A stretch of DNA of 62,735 bases, taken from positions 1 to 62,735 of the IMG/VR virus record IMGVR_UViG_3300042448_001551; one strand, 5' to 3'. The stretch comes from a virus (taxonomy: Duplodnaviria > Caudoviricetes). The notes beneath the pieces were generated by a model. The model had not been told where the DNA came from. It did no database searches and worked only from the letters and a program-made list of their open reading frames with translations. This document shows, piece after piece, positions 43,831 to 52,539 of the stretch; position 1 is the first letter of the stretch, and every line of letters starts with the position of its first letter. A program made the translations under genes and the position numbers.

Positions 43831-46572
43831 ATGCAAGTATATAATGCTTTAGACCTCAAAGCTGGTAAAAAATCAGACTATAATAAAATGGGTACTCTTA
43901 CCCAACCAATTCAATTTTTACCAGAATCTGAGAAAGATGAGGAATGGAGAGCTTGGAATTTAGATTGGCTAGAGTGGCAAGCTATGAAACAGCTTAGAAG
44001 AAATTCTAGGAGATTAATGAAAAACTACAAGCTTGCTAAAGGTATTATTGATAAAACTGATTATATAGTTGAGGAAGATAATGAGATGGCTGATCTTATT
44101 GATACATTAACAAAAGAAGATGAGTCGGCATTAGAGTTAAAATTCTACCCTATTATTCCAAATGTAATTAATGTTTTATGTAATGAGTTTTCTAAAAGAA
44201 GCTCAAAGGTTATGTTTAGGGCTATAGACGATATTTCATATAATGAGATGTTGGAAGAGAAACGTGCTATGATAGAGAATGTTTTAGTACAACAAGCTCA
44301 GATGAAAATGATGAATCAAATTTTAGCTCAAGGTGGAGATTTTGAATCTGACGAGTCTAAACAGATGATGGATGTTAGTAATATAAAAACTCTTCCAGAA
44401 ATTGAAGATTTTTTTAAGAAAGACTATAGATCTATGATAGAAGAGTGGGCCACACACCAAATGAAAGTGGACAATGAAAGATTTAAAATGCAAGAACTGG
44501 AAGAAATGGGCTTTAGAGATATGCTTATAGCTGACCGTGAGTTTTGGCATTTTAAGATGGGTGAAGATGATTATGAAGTGGAATTATGGAATCCTTTATT
44601 AACATTTTACCATAAGTCTCCTGATGTACGTTATGTATCACAAGGAAACTGGGTTGGTAAAATGGATATGATGAGTGTATCTGACATTATAGATAAGTAT
44701 GGTTGGATGATGACTCAAAAACAATTAGAGGCTTTAGAGGTCATCTATCCTGTTAGATCAGCTGGTTATGCTGTACAAGGCTACCAAAATGATGGTACAT
44801 ATTATGATCCCACACGTACACATGAGTGGAACACTCAAATGCCAAGTCTTCAGTATAGACAATTTACTTCTATATATGATGCTAAGTTTGGTACAGGAGA
44901 TATTCTTCAGTGGATCCTATCTGACTCAGAAGACACTATAGACTTTGGTAAAGGACATCTTTTAAGAGTGACTCAGGTTTATTGGAAGTCTCAGCGTAAG
45001 GTGGGTCATTTAACAAAAATAACTGAAGAAGGAGAATTAATTCAGGATATTATAGGAGAAAAATATAAAGTGACGGATAAACCTTTATACAACACTACAG
45101 TTTATAAAGACAAAACAAAAGATAATTTAATATTTGGGGAGCATATAGATTGGATTTGGATTAATGAAACTTGGGGTGGTATTAAAATAGGACCTAATAG
45201 ACCAGCATTCTGGGGACAGAATAACCCAGGAGGTATAAATCCTATTTATTTAGGATTAAATGGGGGTAAACCAGGTAGAATTCCTTTTCAATTTAAAGGA
45301 GATAACACTGTTTATGGTTGTAAACTTCCTGTAGAAGGAGCTATTTTTAGTGATAGAAATACAAGAAGTATTTCTTTAGTTGATTTAATGAAGCCTTTCC
45401 AAATTGGCTACAATATAGTTAACAACCAAATTGCTGATATATTAGTTGATGAACTTGGTACAGTTATTTTGTTTGACCAAAATGCTCTTCCTCGTCATTC
45501 TATGGGAGAAGACTGGGGTAAGAATAACTTACATAAAGCTTATGTAGCTATGAAGAACTTCCAAATGCTACCGTTAGACACCACCATCACTAACACTGAA
45601 AATGCATTAAGTTTCCAACACTACCAAGTTTTAAACTTAGAACAAACTAACCGTTTACTTTCCCGTATTAATTTAGCTACATACTTTAAGAACCAAGCTT
45701 TTGAAGTGATTGGTCTTAACCAACAACGTATGGGTCAGCAGATTGCTCAACAACAAACTGCCACTGGTGTAGAACAAGCTATGAATGCTAGTTATGCTCA
45801 AACTGAACAGTATTTTATACAGCATAGTGATAACTTAATGCCTAGGGTACACCAAATGAGAACTGACCTAGCTCAGTATTATCATTCTAAAAAACCTAGT
45901 GTACGTTTACAGTATATAACAGGGGCTGATGAAAAAGTTAACTTTCAAATGAATGGAACAGATCTTTTAATGAGAGATCTTAATATATTCTGTACCACTA
46001 GAACAAATTCTAGAGCTATTATTGAACAACTTAAACAGTTGGCTGTAAATAACAATACAACTGGTGCTTCTATTTATGATCTTGGTAATATAATTAAGTC
46101 TGAATCTATAGCTGAATTATCTCATGTATTAAAAGCTACAGAAGAAAAATCTCTAAGCTTAAAGAGACAAGAACAAGAAAACCAACAAAAGTTACAACAA
46201 GAAATGTTGGCTTCTCAAGAGAAACAAAAACAAATGGATCTTCAGTTTAGAGCTGAACAAGCTGAACTTGATAGACAAAATAGTATCACTGTAGCAGAAA
46301 TTAGAGCTGCAGGATATGGTGCTGCTGTTGATATTAATCAAAATCAAATGTCTGATTATCAAGATGCTTTAGCTAACATCCAAAAGCAAGATAACTACAC
46401 AGACACTATGAACTTTAAAAGAGAACAAGAAGTTAATAAGTCTTCTAGAGAAATGCAGAGATTACAGATTGATAGAGAAAAGCTTCAAACTCAAAAAGAA
46501 ATAGCTGACAAGCAATTACAGATTGCTCGTGAAAATAAGAATAAATACGATACTAAACAGAAGACTAAATAA
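43831..46572 (+). CDS. Portal protein
   Basis: 913 aa after TerL, with YPIIPNVIN, SLVDLMKPFQ..YN, QRMGQ and a long Gln/Glu coiled-coil C-terminus, as in crAss-like portals. Confidence 0.85.
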   Translation: MQVYNALDLKAGKKSDYNKMGTLTQPIQFLPESEKDEEWRAWNLDWLEWQAMKQLRRNSRRLMKNYKLAKGIIDKTDYIVEEDNEMADLIDTLTKEDESALELKFYPIIPNVINVLCNEFSKRSSKVMFRAIDDISYNEMLEEKRAMIENVLVQQAQMKMMNQILAQGGDFESDESKQMMDVSNIKTLPEIEDFFKKDYRSMIEEWATHQMKVDNERFKMQELEEMGFRDMLIADREFWHFKMGEDDYEVELWNPLLTFYHKSPDVRYVSQGNWVGKMDMMSVSDIIDKYGWMMTQKQLEALEVIYPVRSAGYAVQGYQNDGTYYDPTRTHEWNTQMPSLQYRQFTSIYDAKFGTGDILQWILSDSEDTIDFGKGHLLRVTQVYWKSQRKVGHLTKITEEGELIQDIIGEKYKVTDKPLYNTTVYKDKTKDNLIFGEHIDWIWINETWGGIKIGPNRPAFWGQNNPGGINPIYLGLNGGKPGRIPFQFKGDNTVYGCKLPVEGAIFSDRNTRSISLVDLMKPFQIGYNIVNNQIADILVDELGTVILFDQNALPRHSMGEDWGKNNLHKAYVAMKNFQMLPLDTTITNTENALSFQHYQVLNLEQTNRLLSRINLATYFKNQAFEVIGLNQQRMGQQIAQQQTATGVEQAMNASYAQTEQYFIQHSDNLMPRVHQMRTDLAQYYHSKKPSVRLQYITGADEKVNFQMNGTDLLMRDLNIFCTTRTNSRAIIEQLKQLAVNNNTTGASIYDLGNIIKSESIAELSHVLKATEEKSLSLKRQEQENQQKLQQEMLASQEKQKQMDLQFRAEQAELDRQNSITVAEIRAAGYGAAVDINQNQMSDYQDALANIQKQDNYTDTMNFKREQEVNKSSREMQRLQIDREKLQTQKEIADKQLQIARENKNKYDTKQKTK

Positions 46573-46753
46573 TTATAGCTCTATTATCCATTAGTTAGGT
46601 TTTTAAAAATTACAAATTGTAAATTTTTAAAATTTAAGTTGTATATTAATAATGTAGATATATACAACATTAATAGACAGGATGATACACTGATCAGTAT
46701 ATAAAATATACAGGTGTGTCATCTGAACAGTCTATAAAAAACCCAACAAATAT

Positions 46754-48010
46754 ATGGTTGATACACAAACAAATGTACAAACTTCTGTACAAGAAGTTGA
46801 CGTAGACTTAGATAGTCTTTTTGCAGGAGCTCCAGGAGCTGACAGTATTGTAACTCCTACCACTCCAACCGAGTCTAAACCAAATATCTTTAGTCAAAAA
46901 GCTGAAGATTTAAAGTTTTTAGATGATGACGGATCTGAAGAAGATGATGATGTTTCACGTGGAACAGACGACAATTTAAAACCTATTTCAAAAGAAGAAA
47001 CTGATGATCTTTTAAATGAGTTAGATGAAACAGAAGAAAAAGGAAAATCTCCTGGTCGTCCTAAAACAGAAAAATCAGGTCTTGTAGAGTTTTTGAAAAA
47101 ACGTATTGAATCAAAAGAAATGTTTGCTTTTGATGATTATGATGAATCAAAACAAAGTCTTGATGATTATTTAAGTGGTTTAGGTGAAAAAGATATAGAG
47201 GAGTTATGGCAAGCTAACGTAGACAATCTTAAACAAGAAGTTGCAAGTAGTACACCAAAAGAGTTTTTTGAATCACTTCCAGATGAATTACAATATGCTG
47301 CAAAGTATGTAATGGATGGAGGTCAAGATTTAAAAGGTCTTTTTCAAGCTCTTGCTCAAGTGGAACAAGTTAGAGAAATGGATCCCACAGATGAAAATGA
47401 TCAAGAAGGAATTGTAAGATCTTATTTACAGGCAACTAACTTTGGTAATCAAGACGAAATTGAAGAAGAAATTACCACTTGGAAAGATCTTAATGTTTTA
47501 GAAAAGAAAGCCAAACAGTTTAAACCTAAGCTAGATCAAATGCAAGAACAAATTGTTCAAGCTAAGATTATAGAGCAAGAGGAAAGACAAATACAACAAA
47601 GAGAAGCTGCTGATGCTTATATGAAAAATGTTTTTGAAGCTCTTCGTCCAGCTGAAATTAATGGACTTAAATTAGATAAGAAAACACAAGCTCAGTTATA
47701 TAGTGGTTTAACACAGCCACAATATCCTTCTATATCAGGTAGACCAACAAACTTGTTAGGACATCTTTTAGAAAGATACCAGTTTGTAGAACCAAACTAC
47801 CCATTGATTGCAGAAGCTTTATGGTTACTTTCTGAACCAGAGGCATATCGTCAAAGTTTAATAAAACAGGGTAAAAATCAAGCTGTTGAACAAACAGTTA
47901 GACAGTTAAAAACTGAACAAGCTCGTAAAAACACTAGTAATGTTTACGAGGAAAATGAACCAGAAAGAACTAGAAAGATTTCTAGACCTACAAATATTTT
48001 TAAACGTTAA
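46754..48010 (+). CDS. Acidic scaffolding-like protein
   Basis: Highly acidic N-terminus; lies between the portal and the major capsid gene. Confidence 0.65.
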   Translation: MVDTQTNVQTSVQEVDVDLDSLFAGAPGADSIVTPTTPTESKPNIFSQKAEDLKFLDDDGSEEDDDVSRGTDDNLKPISKEETDDLLNELDETEEKGKSPGRPKTEKSGLVEFLKKRIESKEMFAFDDYDESKQSLDDYLSGLGEKDIEELWQANVDNLKQEVASSTPKEFFESLPDELQYAAKYVMDGGQDLKGLFQALAQVEQVREMDPTDENDQEGIVRSYLQATNFGNQDEIEEEITTWKDLNVLEKKAKQFKPKLDQMQEQIVQAKIIEQEERQIQQREAADAYMKNVFEALRPAEINGLKLDKKTQAQLYSGLTQPQYPSISGRPTNLLGHLLERYQFVEPNYPLIAEALWLLSEPEAYRQSLIKQGKNQAVEQTVRQLKTEQARKNTSNVYEENEPERTRKISRPTNIFKR

Positions 48011-48049
48011 TAATATAATTTTTAATTAACCCTTAAATCAAAATGCCCC

Positions 48050-49669
48050 ATGGCAACTCCAGTTCTAAACAATGGTATATTTCTACGTGACAATACCTAT
48101 AATGCAAGCTCTCACGTAGACTCTTACCACCTTTCCAACTTGCTGAAATCAGCTGAACCTACTGATTTAGGTCCAGTGGATTTATGGGCAATGGTTCAAA
48201 AAGTAGAAATGCCTTTGTACCAGATGTCTAGCTTTGGTGGAAAAAACGTTATCTCAGTAGATAATGCTCGTGGTGAGTACAAATGGCAGATCCCTGTAAC
48301 ACAAGATCTACCATACATAGTTGAAGATATTGAATCAGCAAACACTACTAAAGGTGTTGATGGTCAATTATTCAAAATTAAACTTAACAAACGTACATTT
48401 GGACATGGTGATATCATCACTTATGACAAGTATAACGGTGTTGAGATGTACATTACAGCTGATGACATCATACCTGCTGGTGATGGTTTCATTTACACTG
48501 TACAGTTAGTAAACAATGATAGTACTAAATATCTAGATAACAAATATCTAAGAGTTGGTACTAAGGTATCCCGTAAGGGTTCTGCCCGTGGTGAATACGG
48601 TGAAAGATTCTCTGACATTGGTAATGTAAATGCAGGTTTCCGTGAGTTCTATAACTACGTTGGTGGTGCTGAAGCTCACGTACACTATTCAATCTCTAGT
48701 CGTGCTGACTTAATGATGAAAGGTGGTATGAAAGCTGATGGTACAGTTCCAGTTATTGAAATGTGGAGAAACTTTGACAAAAATGTAGATCCTGCTGTAA
48801 GCAGTCTTGAAGACATGGCTTCTAAAATGGGTAAAGATTATGTGAAAAAAGCTTACCAAAATGGTCAGTTAACACGTTCTTTTTTAACCACTTTAGAAGC
48901 AGCTCATTTGACTAAAATTGCTAATGACATTGAAACTTACTTAATGTGGGGTCAAGGTGGTAAAGTTAAGCAAGACGGTCCAGATGATATTCGTCTATCT
49001 GTTGGTCTTTGGAAGCAATTGGATAACTCATTCAAGCGTATTTACAACAAAGGAAGCTTTAACTTAGATCTTTTCAAATCTGAAATCTTTAACTTCTTCA
49101 ATGGTAAAGTTGAGTTCCAAGGTCCAGATCCTAAGCGTGCATTAATTGTACAAACAGGATTAGGTGGTATGAAGCTTATCAATGAAGCAATTAAGAAAGA
49201 AGCTATTAATAGTGGCTTAGTTATTAATGCATCTGAGGTTGGAGCTATCACTGGTAAAGGAATGGATCTTAACTTTGGATTTGCTTACACTCAGTACGTT
49301 ATTCCTTTCTTGGCTAACGTTAAGTTTGTATTAAACCCAGCGTTTGATAACATTCACACTAATGATATTGAGAATCCAATCATAGATGGTTTCCCTCTAT
49401 CTTCTTATAACTTTATCATATTTGATATTACTGAAAACACTAACGATAACATCTTCTTGTTAAAGTTAAGTTGGGATAACCAATTAAAGTGGTTCTATCA
49501 AAATGGTACTATGGATTACATGGGACGTACCCAAGGTTTCCAGTCTTCTGGTAACTTTAATGGATACCGTGTATTCATGACACAAACAATGCCAGCTATT
49601 TGGGTTAAAGACCCTACCAAGGTGTTGAAAATTGTTATGAGAAACCCTGTAACTGGTGGATCATTCTAA
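48050..49669 (+). CDS. Major capsid protein
   Basis: 539 aa, position after the scaffold gene, codon usage suggesting high expression (many C-ending codons), and a strong terminator downstream. Confidence 0.85.
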   Translation: MATPVLNNGIFLRDNTYNASSHVDSYHLSNLLKSAEPTDLGPVDLWAMVQKVEMPLYQMSSFGGKNVISVDNARGEYKWQIPVTQDLPYIVEDIESANTTKGVDGQLFKIKLNKRTFGHGDIITYDKYNGVEMYITADDIIPAGDGFIYTVQLVNNDSTKYLDNKYLRVGTKVSRKGSARGEYGERFSDIGNVNAGFREFYNYVGGAEAHVHYSISSRADLMMKGGMKADGTVPVIEMWRNFDKNVDPAVSSLEDMASKMGKDYVKKAYQNGQLTRSFLTTLEAAHLTKIANDIETYLMWGQGGKVKQDGPDDIRLSVGLWKQLDNSFKRIYNKGSFNLDLFKSEIFNFFNGKVEFQGPDPKRALIVQTGLGGMKLINEAIKKEAINSGLVINASEVGAITGKGMDLNFGFAYTQYVIPFLANVKFVLNPAFDNIHTNDIENPIIDGFPLSSYNFIIFDITENTNDNIFLLKLSWDNQLKWFYQNGTMDYMGRTQGFQSSGNFNGYRVFMTQTMPAIWVKDPTKVLKIVMRNPVTGGSF

Positions 49670-49685
49670 ACCTTAATGTAGAAAA

Positions 49686-49715
49686 AACCTGGGATTTATT
49701 TCCCAGGTTTATTTA
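49686..49715 (+). terminator. Intrinsic terminator after the major capsid gene
   Basis: aaacctggga/tcccaggttt stem followed by a T-rich run. Confidence 0.75.
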
Positions 49716-49736
49716 CCTTTATAAAAAATAAACATT

Positions 49737-49892
49737 ATGTCTACTCCAAACAAATCATTTAACAAAGCAACTGCTAACGTTGGAAAGCAAGCTGCTACAC
49801 CTAGAGCTAGTGTAGTTAAATCTACTGCTCCTAAAGGTGCTGTACCTTCTATGAAAAAAGGTGGTATGGTAAAAAGTAAAAAAGGTTATTAA
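49737..49892 (+). CDS. Small basic protein (51 aa)
   Basis: Manual translation MSTPNKSFNKATANVGKQAATPRASVVKSTAPKGAVPSMKKGGMVKSKKGY. Confidence 0.65.
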   Translation: MSTPNKSFNKATANVGKQAATPRASVVKSTAPKGAVPSMKKGGMVKSKKGY

Positions 49893-50018
49893 ACTTACCT
49901 CCCCTCTAAGAATAGTATTCTTAGACGATGTTTAAAACACATCTAATCAAACCTGTTGTATGCAACTAGTTTACTAGAAGGCTTGCAACCTTCAACAGGT
50001 TCTAAATTTAACAACGCT

Positions 50019-50252
50019 ATGACAATATATACTAGATTAGGTAGATTATGCAAAGTGTTAAATCCAGGATATAAAAAGAGTGTAAATAAAGAACCCTTTT
50101 ATATGGCTGTGATGGTTAAATATAAAGTGGATGAAAAGAATAAAACACAGTTATTATTTTTTACAGAAGCTGAACTTGAATTAGCATCAGCTCGTGCTAA
50201 AAGACTTCCTTTTAATGTTGAGCAAAGTGTTATTTCTAAAATTATAGATTAG
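50019..50252 (+). CDS. Hypothetical protein
   Basis: Likely start MTIYTRLGRL; LLFFTEAELE.A..RA motif. Confidence 0.65.
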   Translation: MTIYTRLGRLCKVLNPGYKKSVNKEPFYMAVMVKYKVDEKNKTQLLFFTEAELELASARAKRLPFNVEQSVISKIID

Positions 50253-50295
50253 TCTCAGAATAAACTGAGTTTAATATAAAAACAAAAAACCAAAT

Positions 50296-51312
50296 ATGAG
50301 TAGTGTAACTATTGTGGAAAAGTATCCACAAAACAAAAAATCAAGTATTGCTATACGTCCTTTTTTTGATTCTAGCATGGATAACATGGGTTTACAAAAA
50401 TATGGATTAAGTCTTTTTGATGGTGCATTCCATGAAGAACCTATAGCTTGCTTAGATATTAATGGAATTAAAAGGTATGTTACAGGATTAAATGAATTTG
50501 CTCCAGATATTAAAGCTCTTTCTATGGATGAGCAAGAAGCTAAGGTTAAGCAAATTCGTCAAATAATTTCTCAGTTAGAGAAAGAGTTAGCTGCAAATGT
50601 AGTTGATCCTAATGATGATCAGTTTTGGAACAAAGTGAAATTACTTAAACCTGATAATGCAGATTTTTGGGATAAGATAAAAATAAGATGTGGTAATGAA
50701 CCAGTCTTTTTAGAACCTGATAAAGACCCTTATGATCTGATTAGACTTTTAGCAATAGAAGCAGGTGGTTTTTCAATAGTTGCTAAGTCTTTAGAAGACG
50801 CTCGTAGAATGCCAGTTCCTCCTAAGTTTTATTTAGATAGACTAGAAGAAACAGCATCATTAAATACGGAGGTTAAAAAGATGAGAAATAAAGCTCTTTC
50901 TGAACTTCAAAAGTTATTTGATAAAAATCAGAATAAACTACTTTATGTAGCAAAAGCTTTAGATCCAAATAGTGCTCAATATAAGAAGTCTACACCAAAT
51001 GACATTATTTATGACAACATGGATAAGTATATTAATGGTGATCTTGTAGAGAAGGATAAACGTAAAACGGCAGAAAAGTTTTTAGAGGCAGCCAGTTTAG
51101 ATATGGAAACTTTAAAAATCAAAGCCATTGTAAAAGATAGTTCTTATTATAAGTTTATTTCTACAAAAGCAGATGGGTTTATCTATCATATGCAAACAGT
51201 TACTCTTTTAGGAAGAACTCTAGTAGATGTGGTTGAGTATTTAAGAAATCCTTTAAATGAGGAAATTTTAATAGATCTTACTAAGAAAGTAGAAAAATAT
51301 TGGAATCAATAA
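50296..51312 (+). CDS. Conserved virion-module protein
   Basis: 338 aa in the capsid block (RYVTGLNE motif). Confidence 0.7.
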   Translation: MSSVTIVEKYPQNKKSSIAIRPFFDSSMDNMGLQKYGLSLFDGAFHEEPIACLDINGIKRYVTGLNEFAPDIKALSMDEQEAKVKQIRQIISQLEKELAANVVDPNDDQFWNKVKLLKPDNADFWDKIKIRCGNEPVFLEPDKDPYDLIRLLAIEAGGFSIVAKSLEDARRMPVPPKFYLDRLEETASLNTEVKKMRNKALSELQKLFDKNQNKLLYVAKALDPNSAQYKKSTPNDIIYDNMDKYINGDLVEKDKRKTAEKFLEAASLDMETLKIKAIVKDSSYYKFISTKADGFIYHMQTVTLLGRTLVDVVEYLRNPLNEEILIDLTKKVEKYWNQ

Positions 51313-51364
51313 AAACAGTACCTGGGTGCTTACCATAAGAACAGCCCCCAGGTCATTTTAAAAT

Positions 51365-52066
51365 ATGAATAACGGTCTATTACAAATAAAGATAAAGCAG
51401 CGTTTGAATAAACTAGCATCTTTTGATTATGATAATCTAGAGTGCTGGCAAATAGCTGAAGCTTTTAATAAAGCTCAAATTGAGTGGGTACGTAGACAAG
51501 TTTATGGATATAATTTAAGAAAAGAAGGCGCAGAACAATCTATAGGATTAGTGGATGATCTTAGAATTCTTTTGAAAAGCCAAACATTAGCATCAGCTAA
51601 AAAATCTGGTTTTTACGAAGGAACGCTTCCCTCTGATTATTTATATTATGTTAGGGCAGATGTAATGGCTACAAAAGGTTGTTGTACAGAACCTAGACGT
51701 ATGACTGTTTATGAGGCTGAAGAAGCTAATATAGGTATTTTATTAAATACAGAAACTAAAAATCCTAATTTTGAATGGGCTGAAACTCTTAGTACATTAA
51801 TCGGTAATAAAATAAGAATTTATACAAATGATCAATTTGACATATCTAATATAAATCTTGTTTATTATAGGGTTCCCGCAGAAATACAAATTATTAATTG
51901 TATTAATCCAAACACAGGTACTGTATACACTAAAGATCAAATTTGTGAGTTTAAGGATGATATTGCTGAAATTATTTTAGATGGTGCAGCAGCAATTTTA
52001 GCTGGTGACATAGAGAGTATGAATCAATATCAGAGAGAAAGTCAAAACGTACAAAATAATACTTAA
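51365..52066 (+). CDS. Putative head-tail connector or ring protein
   Basis: LNKL.S.DYDN, FNKAQ, LPSDYLYYVR and YYRVP motifs; position after the capsid block. Confidence 0.6.
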   Translation: MNNGLLQIKIKQRLNKLASFDYDNLECWQIAEAFNKAQIEWVRRQVYGYNLRKEGAEQSIGLVDDLRILLKSQTLASAKKSGFYEGTLPSDYLYYVRADVMATKGCCTEPRRMTVYEAEEANIGILLNTETKNPNFEWAETLSTLIGNKIRIYTNDQFDISNINLVYYRVPAEIQIINCINPNTGTVYTKDQICEFKDDIAEIILDGAAAILAGDIESMNQYQRESQNVQNNT

Positions 52067-52070
52067 ATAA

Positions 52071-52502
52071 ATGATACAGAAATTACAAAGACCAATTGCT
52101 CCTTATAGTAAAGGTGGTAGTTCATTAGAATCAAAAGTGGCTGCTTGTGTATCAGAATTAATGAATGCTGCAACAAGTTTTCATAAACTTCACTTAAAAG
52201 TTACAGGAATAGGTTCTTATGCTGCTCACAAAGCTTTAAATAAAATATATGACTCTATGCCTGGACATGCTGATGATCTTGCAGAAGGTTTTCAGGGAGC
52301 TTCTGAAAAGCTTTTAGATTATGAAGATGTAGCACCAAGAGTTTTAAATTCTGTACAAGAAGCTTTATCTTATTGTAGAGAACTTATTCAAATGGTTAAT
52401 GGATTACAAGCAATTATGCCTTACTCAGAAATTGTTAATGACTTAGATACTATAAAGAGTGATATTAACTCTATTAAGTATAAGTTGTTATTTTTAAAAT
52501 AA
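52071..52502 (+). CDS. Ferritin/Dps-like four-helix protein
   Basis: HKLHL..TG..SYAAHKAL..IYD.....DDLAE.FQG...KYKL is a ferritin-like pattern. Confidence 0.75.
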   Translation: MIQKLQRPIAPYSKGGSSLESKVAACVSELMNAATSFHKLHLKVTGIGSYAAHKALNKIYDSMPGHADDLAEGFQGASEKLLDYEDVAPRVLNSVQEALSYCRELIQMVNGLQAIMPYSEIVNDLDTIKSDINSIKYKLLFLK

Positions 52503-52539
52503 TTTTATTTTTTTTTATTAACCCAAAATTACATTAATT

